This document shows positions 1 through 12,690 of a stretch of DNA of 64,000 nt, in pieces (position 1 is the first letter of the stretch; each line of letters opens with the position of its first letter). Below the pieces are notes generated by a model. It was not told the DNA's origin, made no database searches, and saw nothing but the letters and a program-made list of their open reading frames with translations. Origin of the DNA: Octopus sinensis (Eukaryota); contig NC_042997.1 in assembly GCF_006345805.1 (NCBI RefSeq), positions 40,052,001 to 40,116,000 of the forward strand. The letters run 5' to 3'. Position numbers and translations under genes: made by a program.

Positions 1-592
1 GGACCTGCGTTATAATTTTTTTTTATTTTAGTTCTTTTTGTATGTCTCTTTGTGACTCGCAGCAATACCTTATATACTTTTTTTCTATTTGCTAGCTTCT
101 GTTATGTTTTCATTGTGTTTAAAAGGTTCATTTATTGTCTATTGTGGACTCTTATATGTTTTGTTTACGATAGATTCCGCAGTGAAGCTTTCATTGTTTT
201 CGGTAGGTAATCTTTTATGTGTAGTCAGTTACTTTTTTTATTTTCACAGTGCATTTTTTTCTATGAATTGTTTTATTTCAAGTTTTGGCCTCATGTTATT
301 GCTTATTATAAATCTATTCGCTAGTGTGTTTGCATTGATACCTCTTCTGTCTTTTCACCACATCCCACACGTCTCTTTTGAAGTAACAGATTTGTTAGAG
401 TGACACACAAATGCCTTATTGCATTTATTTATTCCGTTTTATGTTCTGTATTCAAACACCACCGAGGTCGATTCATCTTTCATCCTTCTATGATCGTTAA
501 AATAAAGTAACGCTCAAGAAATGGAATCTATCTAATCGACTGTATCCTATGCACATATTTATGACCTTGAGTTTCAACCTGTAATAATTCTT

Positions 593-753
593 TTCTGTTA
601 TAGGTGCAAGGCCTGAAATTTTGGGAGAGGTGGCTAGTCTATTAACTCGGCCCCAGTGCTCAACTGATACTTATTCTATCAATCTCCAAAAATGAAAGGC
701 AAAGTCGACCTCAGTGGAATTTAAGCTCAGAACGTAAAGACTGACGAAATACC
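593..753 (-). mobile_element. tRNA-derived SINE family A (Meta-domain-like core), short-tail variant, lacking its head
   Basis: Reverse complement of the core GAGGTCGACTTTGCCTTTCAT followed by the short tail AAATTTCAGGCCTTGCACCTATAAC. Abuts the next copy. Confidence 0.75.
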
Positions 754-984
754 TATTTCTTTACTACCCACAAGGGGCTAAATGCAGAAGGGACAAACAA
801 GGACAGACAAATGGATTAAGTCGATTATATCGACCCCACTGCGTAACTGGTACTTATTTAATCGACCCCGAAAGGATGAAAGGCAAAGTTGACCTCGGCG
901 GAATTTGAACTCAGAACGTAGCAGCAGACGAAATACCGCTAAGCATTTCACCTGACGTGCTAACGATCCTGCCAGCTCGCCGCC
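754..984 (-). mobile_element. SINE family A, full length, long tail
   Basis: Head GGCGGCGAGCTGGCAG, B-box-like GAGTTCAAATTCC, core GCCGAGGTCAACTTTGCCTTTCATCCTTTCGGGGTCGAT and tail CCCCTTGTGGGTAGTAAAGAAATA. Many similar copies in the window. Confidence 0.9.
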
Positions 985-2902
985 TTAACTTTTTTGCGTG
1001 TTATAATTATTATTATTAAGGCGACAAAATGGCGGAATCAGTGATGTACTGGGCTAACTGTTATGTTATTTTGTGTTTCGAATTCAAATCGTGCGTGAAA
1101 TGACTACACATTTTATCCGTATCAAATCACTTCAATCGGTTATATTCTTACATCCAATTATTTAACTTCATGCAGAAGCTAGCAATCAGAATACTTTTGT
1201 TGGAACTGTTTTATTTTTCGTTGTCTATCGGTGATTTTGTGGTGATTTGTGGATAGATGTTCGTGTACACCAACACTGAAGAATGGCTCTATGATTGAAT
1301 TTAGTTACATCAAACATGTATTAAGTAGATCTATTTATATTTGTCTATAGTACAATTTAGTATTAGGTGGGCAATGAGAGATTTTCAAGTCGTTATTTAA
1401 CCGTGATCCATAAAAACTATGCACTACTGATATAAGTAAGATTTTGGTAGTGGCAGGAGGCCATTCCTGACATACTTTCCTTTCGAGTTCTAGCAATTAC
1501 GCCTTTCATTCTTGTTTTGTGCAATCTTGCTGCTTGAAGTTATACGAATATCTACAAGTTGGCAGATTTCGTGTGTCGTGTCGTAGTTTAACTTTTTTTT
1601 TGTAATTGAGGGAAGTAGTTTCACTGATTTGGTTGATTCTGCACTTGCATAATGTTTTGACATACTGTTTAGTCTTGGACAATCTGTTGATAAAGTGACT
1701 TGCTCTTGTGTTCCTACTCTCAGTTTTATCTGAACTCTAAGCCCATACTCCCTGTCCACGGCCTTTACTAGCTTCTCACATGTATCTTGCTATTCGGATG
1801 AAATGCGTGGACTTTTTTTATTGGCAGAAGATTTATTGCTTTCTTCACTTTGATATAATCTTTTAATTGATCTGGTTGAAGAGAAGCAGAAAATGTTTGA
1901 AGATTTTTCTCAACGAGTGAGAAGGTAGGACATTTAAGAACTTATTGAAACTTTAAAATGTATTTATGTAGTCACAAACAGTCTTCACTCTTAATAATTA
2001 CAGTTAGTTGGTGTTTGGTTTTAGCTGTTTTGTGTAGATGATGTTTCTTTTCTCTAAGTCTTCAGACATTTTCATGTTCTACTATTTATCTCAACAGTTT
2101 TAATCTTGCTCCTCGTTAAAGCTACAGCTTCGGAAACTGTTAATCACTTACATTCGCCGAGCATTTTGGGAAATATTTTTCAACCTAACATTTTTATAAT
2201 CTCATTTTAGTTTTGTTTCCTTTATATTTGTTGAATAATTATTTCTTCTCCACAACCAAATGTTTATAGATATATTTTTTTCACTTGGTTAAGTGTAGAG
2301 ACATTACAAATGTGTGTATTGTGCCACTCCTGTGGCGTGTCTCTGCATCGGTTTTCATACATTTCCCCAGGCCGTCTTTCAGGTTTATATTCTGGTTGAA
2401 TTGTAGTATGCAAAGATTTGTATGTTCTTGTTTGAGCCTATCATATCATTTCAAGTAGATGACTATTGTGACAGGCACCATTGTTGTTGATATTATATCC
2501 TGTTCTAAGTATGCAACAAGAAAAGAGAAAGGGTGAGAATGAGTCACGTTGGAATATGGTTGTAGATAGATTTCTGATCAGGATGTGTCAATGTGTATGT
2601 ATTTATGTATGTATATATGCATACATGTGTGTGTGTGTGTGTGTATGTCTTTATGTATACATATGTAAGTGTGTATGTAGTATACTAATGGCACTGTTAT
2701 TATTTTCTATTGAATTTTCTTAAATTAAAGTCAGTATTAACACAATAGTTGCATGTATTTATTTTTTTCTGGTGTCTGTTTCACCGTTCCGTGTAATTAA
2801 ATTTCTTAGATGAAGCTGTCAGCGCGCTTCAACAAGCGTAGTGTTAAGCTATATTTCACTTTGGGCTAGGAAAGAAAATATCGATTTCTAGCGAAGGCAC
2901 AA

Positions 2903-2954
<52 letters not shown>

Positions 2955-4291
2955 AGTCCAATACTTGACTGCTAAAAGCTTTGTATCACCAGTAAACTAA
3001 ATGACAAAGTTGATCTTGGTGGTATTTGAATTTAGAACAGTTATGCAACTAAATACATACGACATACGGATTTGTTTGGCATTGCACTGTGCGAGTTCTG
3101 AAAGCCAAGAAAGCCAAGAAAGCCCACTTCTAGAAACTCCAATGAACTTGTATTGTTCTAATAAATATCATTGCCCTGAGTCCCTTGTGACCCCTGACCT
3201 ATGACTACACTTTCAGAGTCAGTCTATCTACCCAAGGACATGCACCACTCATATTCACCTCACAGTACAGTTTCTGAAAATAAGCACGTCCCTACCCAGC
3301 TCCAAGTTCCCCTTTAAGTGAATGAACGTTTGACTTAAAGTGAATTAACGTTTGAGCCGGGAAGAAAGACTCTTCTCAGTTCTAATCGTGCTAACCACAC
3401 CACATCTCTCTGCCCCATAACTATCAGACAAAGGTAAATTGCATGCCTTTCTTTCAAGAAGAAATCCTCAAACAGGTGTCATAACCCACAATTAGGCGAT
3501 ATTCAGAGTCTGAACAAGTGTGCGGAGTCATCAGAAATACAGTGAGCGAGTAGTGGAGTCGTTGGAAACCAACAACGTTGTTGCTTACAAAAGTACAGCA
3601 TTTAAAATAAAATAATACTCATTACGAAATATTACATTAGATGAAAGTTGTCCAAAATAGATCTCTCAGGAAGTAAACAGGTATGTATGGCACTAACGAT
3701 GCTACAGAGGATAACAAGACCAAATTATTTGCAAGGTCATTGGCCAAAATACTTATCTCTACCTTTAGCAGCTATACACCCGGAAGTCTAAAAGACACCC
3801 TCTTCCTCACCTCCTATTTCAACAAAGGGTCACATACTAAAAATACTCCCAGTCTGTTAAGAAGACAGTAACTATCAAGTATGGCATTTAACTACAAATC
3901 TCATAAAACAGACCATCCTTAACATCATGATTTGCCGGTCGTAGGATCACGTACTTCCCGTATCTCAGATGTCGTTATAGATTTTTTCGCAGATCATCAC
4001 TGTTTCAAGTAGGAATTCCAGCAAGCCAGTGAAGTTAGTATTGGACCCTGCAGTTTATCCAAAATAGTCGGGAAAACCGCAGACACCTATTTTGATGATC
4101 ATTTGACCATCGTCCATCAAAATTCTGTTGTCACTTGGCGCCCATTCCACCTGGGCCCATCGACCAGCTTTCTCTTATACCTAGTCCCGTGAACGCCGAA
4201 TTGAATCGCGAAATATTTGTGTTTCGGGTTCAGGAAATAGTCGAGAGATAGTAGCGCTTTGAGCACGTTGGAAATTATGCCTCTTCAAATA

Positions 4292-4522
4292 TATTTCTTT
4301 ACTACCCACAAGGGGCTAAACACAGAGGGGACAAACAAGGACAGACAGAGGGATTAAGTCGATTACATCGACCCCAGTGCGTAACTGGTACTTAATTTAT
4401 CGACCCCGAAAGGTTGAAAGATAAAGTCGACCTCGGCAGAATTTGAACTCAGAACGTAACGACAGACGAAATACGGCTACGCATTTCGCCCGGCGTGCTA
4501 ACGTTTCTGCCAGCTCGCCGCC
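4292..4522 (-). mobile_element. SINE family A, full length
   Basis: Same consensus. Flanking direct repeat GCCTCTTCAAATA at 4279-4291 and 4520-4532 (TSD). Confidence 0.92.
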
Positions 4523-5759
4523 TCTTCAAATAGCCTTTTCTGATCTACCTACACGCTCTCCTTTCAGTGTGTTTTTCTCGGTCGTTACGTCCTTTATAAG
4601 CTCTTTCGATTGTACTCTGATTTTTATCTTTCGCAAAATGCACTACCTGCTTCTTACAGCGTAATTGGGGTTGTAGATGACGCTGCAGCTGTTACTGGCT
4701 ATAAGGCTGTTTCCATTGTTTCCGCTGGCATTGTGGCAATGCTGTTGACAGCAAGATGGCCCCTTTGTATATATTTCTTTTCCCTTTTGATAATTAGTGA
4801 ATGATATGTAAAGTACTTTGTGCTTCCCACCACACTACACGTTGTGGTACGAAGAATAACTTTTCCTATTTATGTAAATGTCTGTACTGACAACGGCATG
4901 TTCAGCTTTCAGTAATTAGAACTTAGTATATCAGTTGTCTGTGCATAATTATACGGTATTATCCAACAATCCGAAAGTGGAAATCATACGCTATCTCTTT
5001 CAGCTAATCCAGATATAATCCCTTTGAATACAATTTAGATGACACAATGCAGTTTCGGTAAATTCGCATTAACACATCCTGGATCCAGGTAATGCCTGTC
5101 AGATTGTTATTGTTGCCCGAACAGACAAGCGAGACTTCTGTAATTACATCCTATCGTTTACTTCCACAGGATCCCAGCTTCTATCTAAAATGTCACTCCA
5201 ATCATCCACTAAGAATCATAAGAAGGATGTATGGAGAAATGTTCCCAAAATGCATGAAGAATACAGGCCGCCCAGCCTTAGTCGAAACATACAAGACGAT
5301 AATATTAAGATATGATCTTCCCTTTTGTTTATGTTTAAAACCCATCAACCTGCGAAATGGGTCCTGGAATATCGTCTTCATATCGAAATTCATGTCTGTC
5401 CGGAACAATATTATCACCGATATCGGACAGATTGAAGAGTAAACGTTTTAGTCAAGTAGAAAAATGCATGCGTCCTAAAATCCTAGTCTCGTTGGCAGTT
5501 ACTGCATCTCTTGAATAAACCTTAAATCTTTTAACAAGTGTCTTGATGCTAAACCGAGCCCAAGCCACGTGTAAATAGACATACCTCTTAACATAGATAT
5601 GCTGGACATAGGAAAAGTGCGACCGGCCACTTAGTTTTTTATTTCTATTAGAACGAGTAATCAAGCATTTTAGGCGTCATCACGGAAAATAGCAAAATTA
5701 GAATTAACAAGAACAGCTACAAACTCTCCTGAGTATCACTGGCGTCCGCAAGGACAACA

Positions 5760-6131
5760 GTAGTAGGAGCACTGTAGTAGGGTCCCAGCTGATACGATCA
5801 ACGGAACAGCTTGCTCATGATATTAACGTGCAAGTGGCTGAGCACTCCACAGACACGTGTACCCTTAACGTAGTTCTCGAGGAGATTCAGCGTGACACAG
5901 AGTGTGACAAGGCTGGCCCTTTGAAATACAGGTACAAGAGAAACAGGAAGAAAGAGCGAGAGAAAGTTGTGGTGAAAGAGTACAGCAGGGTTCACCACCC
6001 CCTGCCGGAGCCTCGTGGAGCTTTAGGTGTTTTCGCTCAATAAACATTCACAATGCCCGGTGTGGGAATCGAAACCGCGATCCTCCGACCGCGAGTCCGC
6101 TGCCCTAACCACTGGGCCATTGCGCCTCCAC
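5760..6131 (-). mobile_element. tRNA-derived SINE family C (OR-like)
   Basis: Head GTGGAGGCGCAATGGCCCAGTGGTTAGGGCAGCGGACTCGCGG with A/B boxes. TSD AAGGACAACA. Homologous to 18323-18714. Confidence 0.9.
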
Positions 6132-6739
6132 AAGGACAACAACAAGTTAATGGATCATATCAAGCATCAATAGAGGACAGATTGAAACTCCTGAAAAAGC
6201 TCCATAAAAACCTCCGGTGAGAATCGCACTAGAAGTATGTAGAACAACGAGAAAATTTTCTACATGAACGTTATTCATTTCCTTTAAGCTTTATTGTAGT
6301 TTTATATAATTCATCGACACAGTGTTTTTTTTCCCATTGATCTGACGCTTGTGAAATCGAGGAGTGTCTGTTGATATTGTTGCTGTTAACGTTATTTTGT
6401 TTAACCATTATTATTAGTATTGTTGTTGTTGAAGCTGTTTGTTCTTCCTTTCATTTGTTGCTAACTGACTTTTTTTTTAGTATTGTTGATGGTACCAATG
6501 CTGTGGTCATTGTTGTTTTCATCTTTGAAGGTGTTTAATTGGCTGACCCTTTTGTCTCTCATCTTCCTTTTCTGTGACGCTCAACACAAACTTCGAATTT
6601 TGAGGATTGGACATCCCTCCCATCACATTGAGTTCCTCTGAAAATATGTTATCACTTAATAAGTAGATGGTAGGCAGAGATACGTTTATTTATTAGGAGC
6701 GGGATTCGGAGGAAAGGTCTCTGTCTGTTGTCTTTGAAG

Positions 6740-7300
6740 GCTCTTCAAAACAGTTAAAGTTCCTTTTAAAAAGCTCTAAGTTGAAAACCTCAGGGAAAAC
6801 AGGGGCAGAGAAGAAATTCAAAAAGTCCGACGTTCTAGTGAGGAAGGACTAGGTGTAGTGATTAAGGAGATTGAGAGATGGAGGAGGAGAGTGAGTCGTG
6901 AGTGCTTGAGTGGGAGAGGCACAGGATCAACCAGGTTTAAGGTGAAGAGACTATTGTAGTAGCAGTAGAAAAAGAAGAGTGGGGTAACATCACCAGTGGG
7001 CCAGAGGTTGGTGTCTGTTAGCGAACGACTTTAGGTCAATCAGTCAGTTGTTTTATTTTTATAGACAATCTGTGTACTTTTAGTACCGTTCCAGACGTGG
7101 GAGTTGAACTCCATTGTGGTTCTCATTCGAGTTTTATAACGACTCAATAGTTGTGAGCTGAAGTAATTTTTAGCCCAGAAGACGAAGATCAGTCTTTGTG
7201 GTACAGTTTCTGTTATGATTAGAATATACATTCGCTTCAGTGTTGCTGTGGACCAGCCTTTGTGGTGAGTATGAGAGTTGTGACTGGATTGTGTACGATA
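6740..7300 (-). pseudogene. Degenerate APE-type LINE (CR1/Jockey group), C-terminal part of the RT ORF
   Basis: Translation QLLSRYKTRMRTTMEFNSHVWNG resembles the LLxLYKAQIRPxMEYCSHIW motif. Same family as 53600-54060. Confidence 0.6.
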
Positions 7301-7438
7301 TTTATTTTGCTATGCTCAATGATTATGTATTTGTCCTAATAGTATTAGCATAACTCCAATGGAGAAGGTTTACAAGGTTTCTCTTCATGGAATTACTGTA
7401 GGTTTGGTGTGATAATATTAACTGGGATAATATTAACT

Positions 7439-7667
7439 GGCGAGCTGGCAGAACCGTTAGCACGCCGGGTGAAATGCGCAGCCGTATTTTGTCTGTCGTT
7501 ACGTTCCGAGTTCAAATTCCGCCGAGGTCGACTTTGCCTTTCATCTTTTCGGGGTCGATAAATTAAGTACCAGTTACGCACTGGAGTCGATGTGATCGAA
7601 TTAATCCCTTTGTCTGTCCTTGTTTGTCCCCTCTGTATTTAGCCCCTTGTGGACAATAAAGAAATAA
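7439..7667 (+). mobile_element. SINE family A, full length
   Basis: Consensus match. TSD AATATTAACTGG on both sides. Confidence 0.9.
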
Positions 7668-9289
7668 ATATTAACTGGGGTTGGAAATGACGTTGCTGTT
7701 GTTGCTGGTATGTGACTGTTTCCTTTCGTTAATTGGTGAATGATATGTGAAGCACCTTGGCTTCCTACCACAGGAATATTTTTTTCTATCTGGCGATGGC
7801 CTGGGAATTTTTTGAGGTTCTAACATGTTACCACAAGCCGGAATAAACTATATAAAGTAAAGTAATGTAATCTATCTGTTATGATCTGTTCCGTCACGGA
7901 ACAGACTCGCAGAGCTTGCGCGTGACAGAATCGAATGAAGACTCTGTAGTGTTTTGATGCAGACTGGCTCTTATAATTGAACCAATGAAGCCACCTACTT
8001 CAATGCCTTATCTCAGAGCGCCAAATACATCAGTAAATTTATTTTGATATTCTTTATTCTCATAGCAATTCATTTATATATCACTAAACACTATTCAGCT
8101 ATTCGTACATATTTCATTATAGATATGATTAAATTCGAAATATAGTTCATAGTTTGAGGACTTGTGTATGTGATCTTCGCTAAACACTACTTGGCAGTGT
8201 CGACCAGAATAAAACCCAACCATTGGGGAATGTGCAAAAATAACTTGGTTATACCGAATGACCAAAACGAATGAATAAAAAAGTGTCTAAAAGTAGGTTA
8301 TTATAGATAAGGTTATTATTATAGATTAGTGTTTTCACCTCACATCGCCCTCGTTTACTTAATGCTAGCATTAAGCTAGCATTGCTGAAGATTTAAAGAA
8401 AAAATTCAAGAACAAGAATATGATTATTTATTTGATAGTTTTTGGAAAAGAAATTTATGGAAGGAAATGTATGTCTATCCTGTCAAGAGGTAAATACATG
8501 TTACAAGATGTAATGACAGTCACGATGCATTTCGAAAAGATGCTTATCTTCCTCATTTTTACGTCGCTGCTTTCCATTAGCCATCTCCACACGTTCTTTT
8601 AAAACGAAATCGTATTTTTTCGAAAAAACAAAAAACATAAATATATAAAAAATATGGGAAGCGGTATACAAAATAACTATTTTGAAGTATTTCTTATCCG
8701 CTTCAATCATTCAGGATGGGCAAATTATTTCGTACATTTCCCACTACTATTGATTTCACAATTAACATCACTTTCTTCCAACTTTATTATATAGCTGCTC
8801 GGACAGAAGCACACCTGTTTCAAAGGCGGGGTCGATAGTCACCTAGGAGCTATTTTCAATGATCATTTCAGGGGCCAAGACTTAAGGCACTGTACATCCT
8901 TATGTATTCTATCTGCATCATCCCTGGAATTTGACGGGAGGAAGCCCAATTGGAAACAGATCCTTGATGAAGTCAAGAGGGCAAGAGCAGGTTCCGCTTC
9001 TAGACCTAGCAGGTACCTTTCAAGTCGTATAAGAACTGCCCAAATGTGCTTAACAGGCTCCGAAGGTTTCTGATGGTGATTTGGAGAAAAGGCAAGGTGG
9101 TCCGGAGGCAAGGAGGCACGTAGAAGAAGAGTGAATTCCGAAGGAGGAAACGTCAAAGACTAATAGTCAGTTTAGATTAATCTCACTACTCAATATTGAA
9201 AGAAATAATACTCTTCGGCTTGTTGCTAGGCACCTAGCCGGCTACCTATCGAGGAATTTCTACATTATACTTCAGTTCAGAAATGAGTT

Positions 9290-9705
9290 ATCCCACAGGT
9301 ACCAGGGTGCCTATAGATCCATTCAAGGAGGCGAATGAAAGTAAAGAACTATGCTGAGCTGGTAGAGAGATGCCAAAACAATGGGTGGCAAGCAGGGTAT
9401 GATCCTATCGAGGTGGGTTGAGTAGAAGTTTCTGGTTCAGTCGCTCTGCAGAGCTCATAAGATGCTGCTCATTACAGAGGCCAGTTGGTGGAAAGCCATC
9501 ACGTTGGTTGTGGAAGCATCAAGGTGGTTGTGGATCGGAAGGTATGAGCTCTGGAAGAGGCAGTGTTGTCAAGAGCAACGCTAACTGGACTCAAGCTGGG
9601 ACTGAGTCGATCAGTCCTGGTTGAGCCGCCTTGGTGAGGGTGTTTGATTGTCAAATGACCTCAGGAAACATCGCTAATGATGTGTCCAGATGCATTCCTG
9701 GATAA
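9290..9705 (+). mobile_element. Degenerate 3' end of a Hero-like RLE non-LTR retrotransposon
   Basis: Broken translation EANE..YAELV..CQNNGWQA..PIEVG..SLCRAHKML..EASRWLWI resembles the Hero-clade C-terminus. The 3'UTR-like sequence ends TGATGTGTCCAGATGCAT. The element probably extends upstream to ~8800. Confidence 0.55.
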
Positions 9706-9725
9706 TGTATGGAAAAGCTCTTTTT

Positions 9726-9726
<1 letters not shown>

Positions 9727-9757
<31 letters not shown>

Positions 9758-9777
9758 CCTATCCAGTCATTCATTCA

Positions 9778-9870
<93 letters not shown>

Positions 9871-10011
9871 GTCTGTTTGTCTGTCTGTCTGTCTGTTTGT
9901 CTGTCTATCTATCTATCTCTATCTATCAACGCATACATACATACATACATACATACATACATACATACATACATACATACATACATACATACATACATAC
10001 TTACATACATA
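9727..10011. repeat. Compound (CTAT)n/(CTGT)n/(CATA)n microsatellite
   Basis: Directly visible. Confidence 0.98.
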
Positions 10012-10803
10012 CAGAGGTGCATATATATATATCGTTCGATCAATCGATCTCGGATGGTGTCTGCAATGACCGAAGCGCTACACAGTATGACCCAGTGAAG
10101 TATTCCGCTCACCCCATCTTTTGTGGCGGCTATCGTAGTGGCAGATGATAGCCCTCACTTTGTTTTTTCGGACCACTTCTTTCGGGTTATGCAATTGACG
10201 AATGAATCAAACTTAGCGTCGTTCTTTTTATTGTTTTTTTCATAGTTGGTAGTGTTGTTGTTGGTGGTATGGCTTCCATTATTATTAATGGAAATATGAA
10301 TCTTCTTTGCTGTTGGTTGCAGCGAATGCAGTAACGACGACATCTGTCAGTTACATTGTTATTGCTATTTTCAGCCTGGTCATTGGCAGGAGCTGGTAAT
10401 TTTCACTGTAGTAGTGTCGGCGGCAACGGCTGCTTTAGGGCTGTTATTGTTACTGTAGTCATAGTTGCTTTTTGCTTCTAGCACTGTCACATTCTGTGTG
10501 AAGCTTAATGTTTTCGTTGAGTGTTGGTTCTGTTGCTGGTGCTGTTGCTGGCGTTGCTATTATTGTTGTTGGCGTTGTTGGCGTTGTTGTTGTTGTACAA
10601 TGTAGTGGTGAGGGCATGAGATGGGTGTTTGTCTATTCATGATAACGTGGAGTGTTTTCTGTGTCATGTGCAGCAATACTGATGATGTTGCCTGCCTTCA
10701 CTGTTGCTGGTGTTAGCAGTGGTGACATTGCAGTTTTTACTGTTGTTTTTGTTTAAACTCAAGTCAAACCTGAACAAACCGACATCAAATGAAAGGCGGC
10801 CAT

Positions 10804-12082
10804 CCTATTTTTTTTTTCTTAAGTGTCGGAAACTCGAGACGACATTATACATGTCCTTTTCTAAGAAAAGAATTTGTGTAATTTGAGGGAGATTTGGCTG
10901 TTATTTCAAGGTCAAACAATTGAGTGTGGTAGCACCTGCTAGAAATGAGAGCTAAAAATATAACTCGAATAGTCACTCAAAATCGAGATATTCAGGGACT
11001 CCGAGCAGCAAACCACAACATCTTTCTTTGGTGAGATAAACTCACAGAATGAAGTAGTTTGATAAAACCCAGTCACGTGATTTAGAAATTTAACCTACAT
11101 GGTCTTGTTTCTCTTCATGGGTTTCTACAATTTACTCAGGGTTAAAGAGATAACTTGCTTCCCATTTGCTCATGAGAGAGAGAAAAAAACCATTGAACAG
11201 CGATCGCTAAAATTCAAAACGGTTAAAGTGTATATAAAAAATACAATAAGATATTATAATAGTATATTAATATATTATGATATATCAAATACATTATAAT
11301 ATAGATGGCTATAGCAATTAAAATCAAAAATGCAAAATTCATAAATAAGGGTGCAAAATAGCACCTGCAGTTGCTAGAAATGAGACCTAAAAGCTATTTT
11401 AGCCCCCCGAGGTTCAACGGCTTATTTTCTCTCGTGAGCAAATGGGAAGCAAGCTATCTCTTTAACCCAGAATAAATTGTGGAAACCCCTAACGAAAAAT
11501 AAAACCATGTTTGTTAAATTTCGAAATCACGTGATTGGGTTTTATCAAACTACCTCATTCTGTGAGTTTATCTCGCCGAAGGAAGATATGGCTTGCTGCT
11601 CGCAGTCCCTGAATATCTCATGAAGTTGGTGATTTTGTATGGCTATTCTAGTTATATTTTGTAGCTCTCGTTTCTAGCAATTTCAGGTTCAATTTTGCAC
11701 CCTAATTTATGAATTTTGTCTTTTTGGTTTTAATTGCTATATTATAATGTATTTAATACATCATTATGCATTAATCTACTATCATAGTATCATATATTTT
11801 TTATATATTTATGTATATATACGACGAGTTTCTTTTAGTTTCCATTTACTATATCCATTCACAAGGTCGGCCTGAGACTATAGTAGAAGACACTTCCCCA
11901 AGGTGCCACGCAGTGGGACTGAAACCGGAAACATGTGGTAGGGAAGCAAGATTCTTACCACACTCGATTGTTTGACCTGCTTGAAATAACAACCAAATCT
12001 CCCTCGAATTGCACAAATACTTTTCTTAGAAAAAGAACATATTGTATAATGTCGTCTCGAGTTTCCAACCTCTTAACATAGG
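10804..12082. repeat. Complex inverted duplication
   Basis: 10804-10932 is the inverse of 11956-12082. 10931-11213 is the inverse of ~11397-11690. ~11230-11370 is the inverse of ~11680-11810. Confidence 0.85.
11820..11962 (-). mobile_element. SINE family B (OK-like), head fragment
   Basis: Reverse complement of GTGTGGTAAG...GGTTTCAGTCCCACTGCGTGGCACCTTGGG. Confidence 0.8.
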
Positions 12083-12125
12083 TACGTTAACATATCTATG
12101 TTAACATAATTATATATATATATAT

Positions 12126-12338
12126 TCCAAATGTGACCGCGTGTGTATCGTTGGCGATTTTTTCCCTCCGTCTTCCCTTCCTTGGATCGTTCCTTTTTCT
12201 TTGTTTCTGACGAAGAGCTCCGCTCGAAACGTTAAATCCTCCTTCTTTCTTTCCTTCCTGAGCGTCCAATAACACTATACTTGTTCCACGTCCACGCGTT
12301 GTTGTGTTCTCTCTTTGTGTTTTCATGTTTGGATTAAC
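12126..12338 (+). mobile_element. Short Penelope-like (pLTR-type) repeat between (TA)n tracts, carrying a hammerhead motif
   Basis: Homologous to 48455-48645. Contains CTGACGA..GAAAC. Flanked by (TA)n on both sides. Confidence 0.7.
12203..12237 (+). ncRNA. Minimal type-I hammerhead ribozyme motif
   Basis: GTTT-CTGACGA-A-GAGC-TCC-GCTC-GAAA-CGTT-A-AAT. Conserved core, 4-bp stem II and palindromic AACGTT stem III, as in PLE-associated minimal hammerheads. Confidence 0.75.
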
Positions 12339-12386
12339 TATATATATATATAGGTGAGAAAGTTGGTGTGTGAAAGCACGTGGTTG

Positions 12387-12449
<63 letters not shown>

Positions 12450-12469
12450 TGTGTGTGTGTGTGTGTGTC

Positions 12470-12690
12470 TTTGTATCTCTCTCCCCACCGACCATCGCTT
12501 GAAAACTGATATTGGTGTGTATACGTCCTCGTAACCTAGCAGTTCGGCAAAAGCAACCGATAAAATAAATACTAGGCTTATAAAAAATAAGTCCTTGGGT
12601 CGATTTCTGTGTGTAAAAACAAAAAAACCATCAGGGCGGTGCTCTAGCATGACCGCAGTCCCATGACTGAAACAAATAACAGAATAGAAG
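12470..12690 (+). mobile_element. SINE family B, diverged 3' half
   Basis: GTTCGGCAAAAGCAACCGATA...GCGGTGCTCTAGCATGACCGCAGTC matches the family B tail. Confidence 0.75.

Noticed and set aside
4133-4160. TGGCGCCCA tRNA-Lys PBS-like motif
   Set aside because: Only 9 nt match, with no identifiable LTR or gag nearby.
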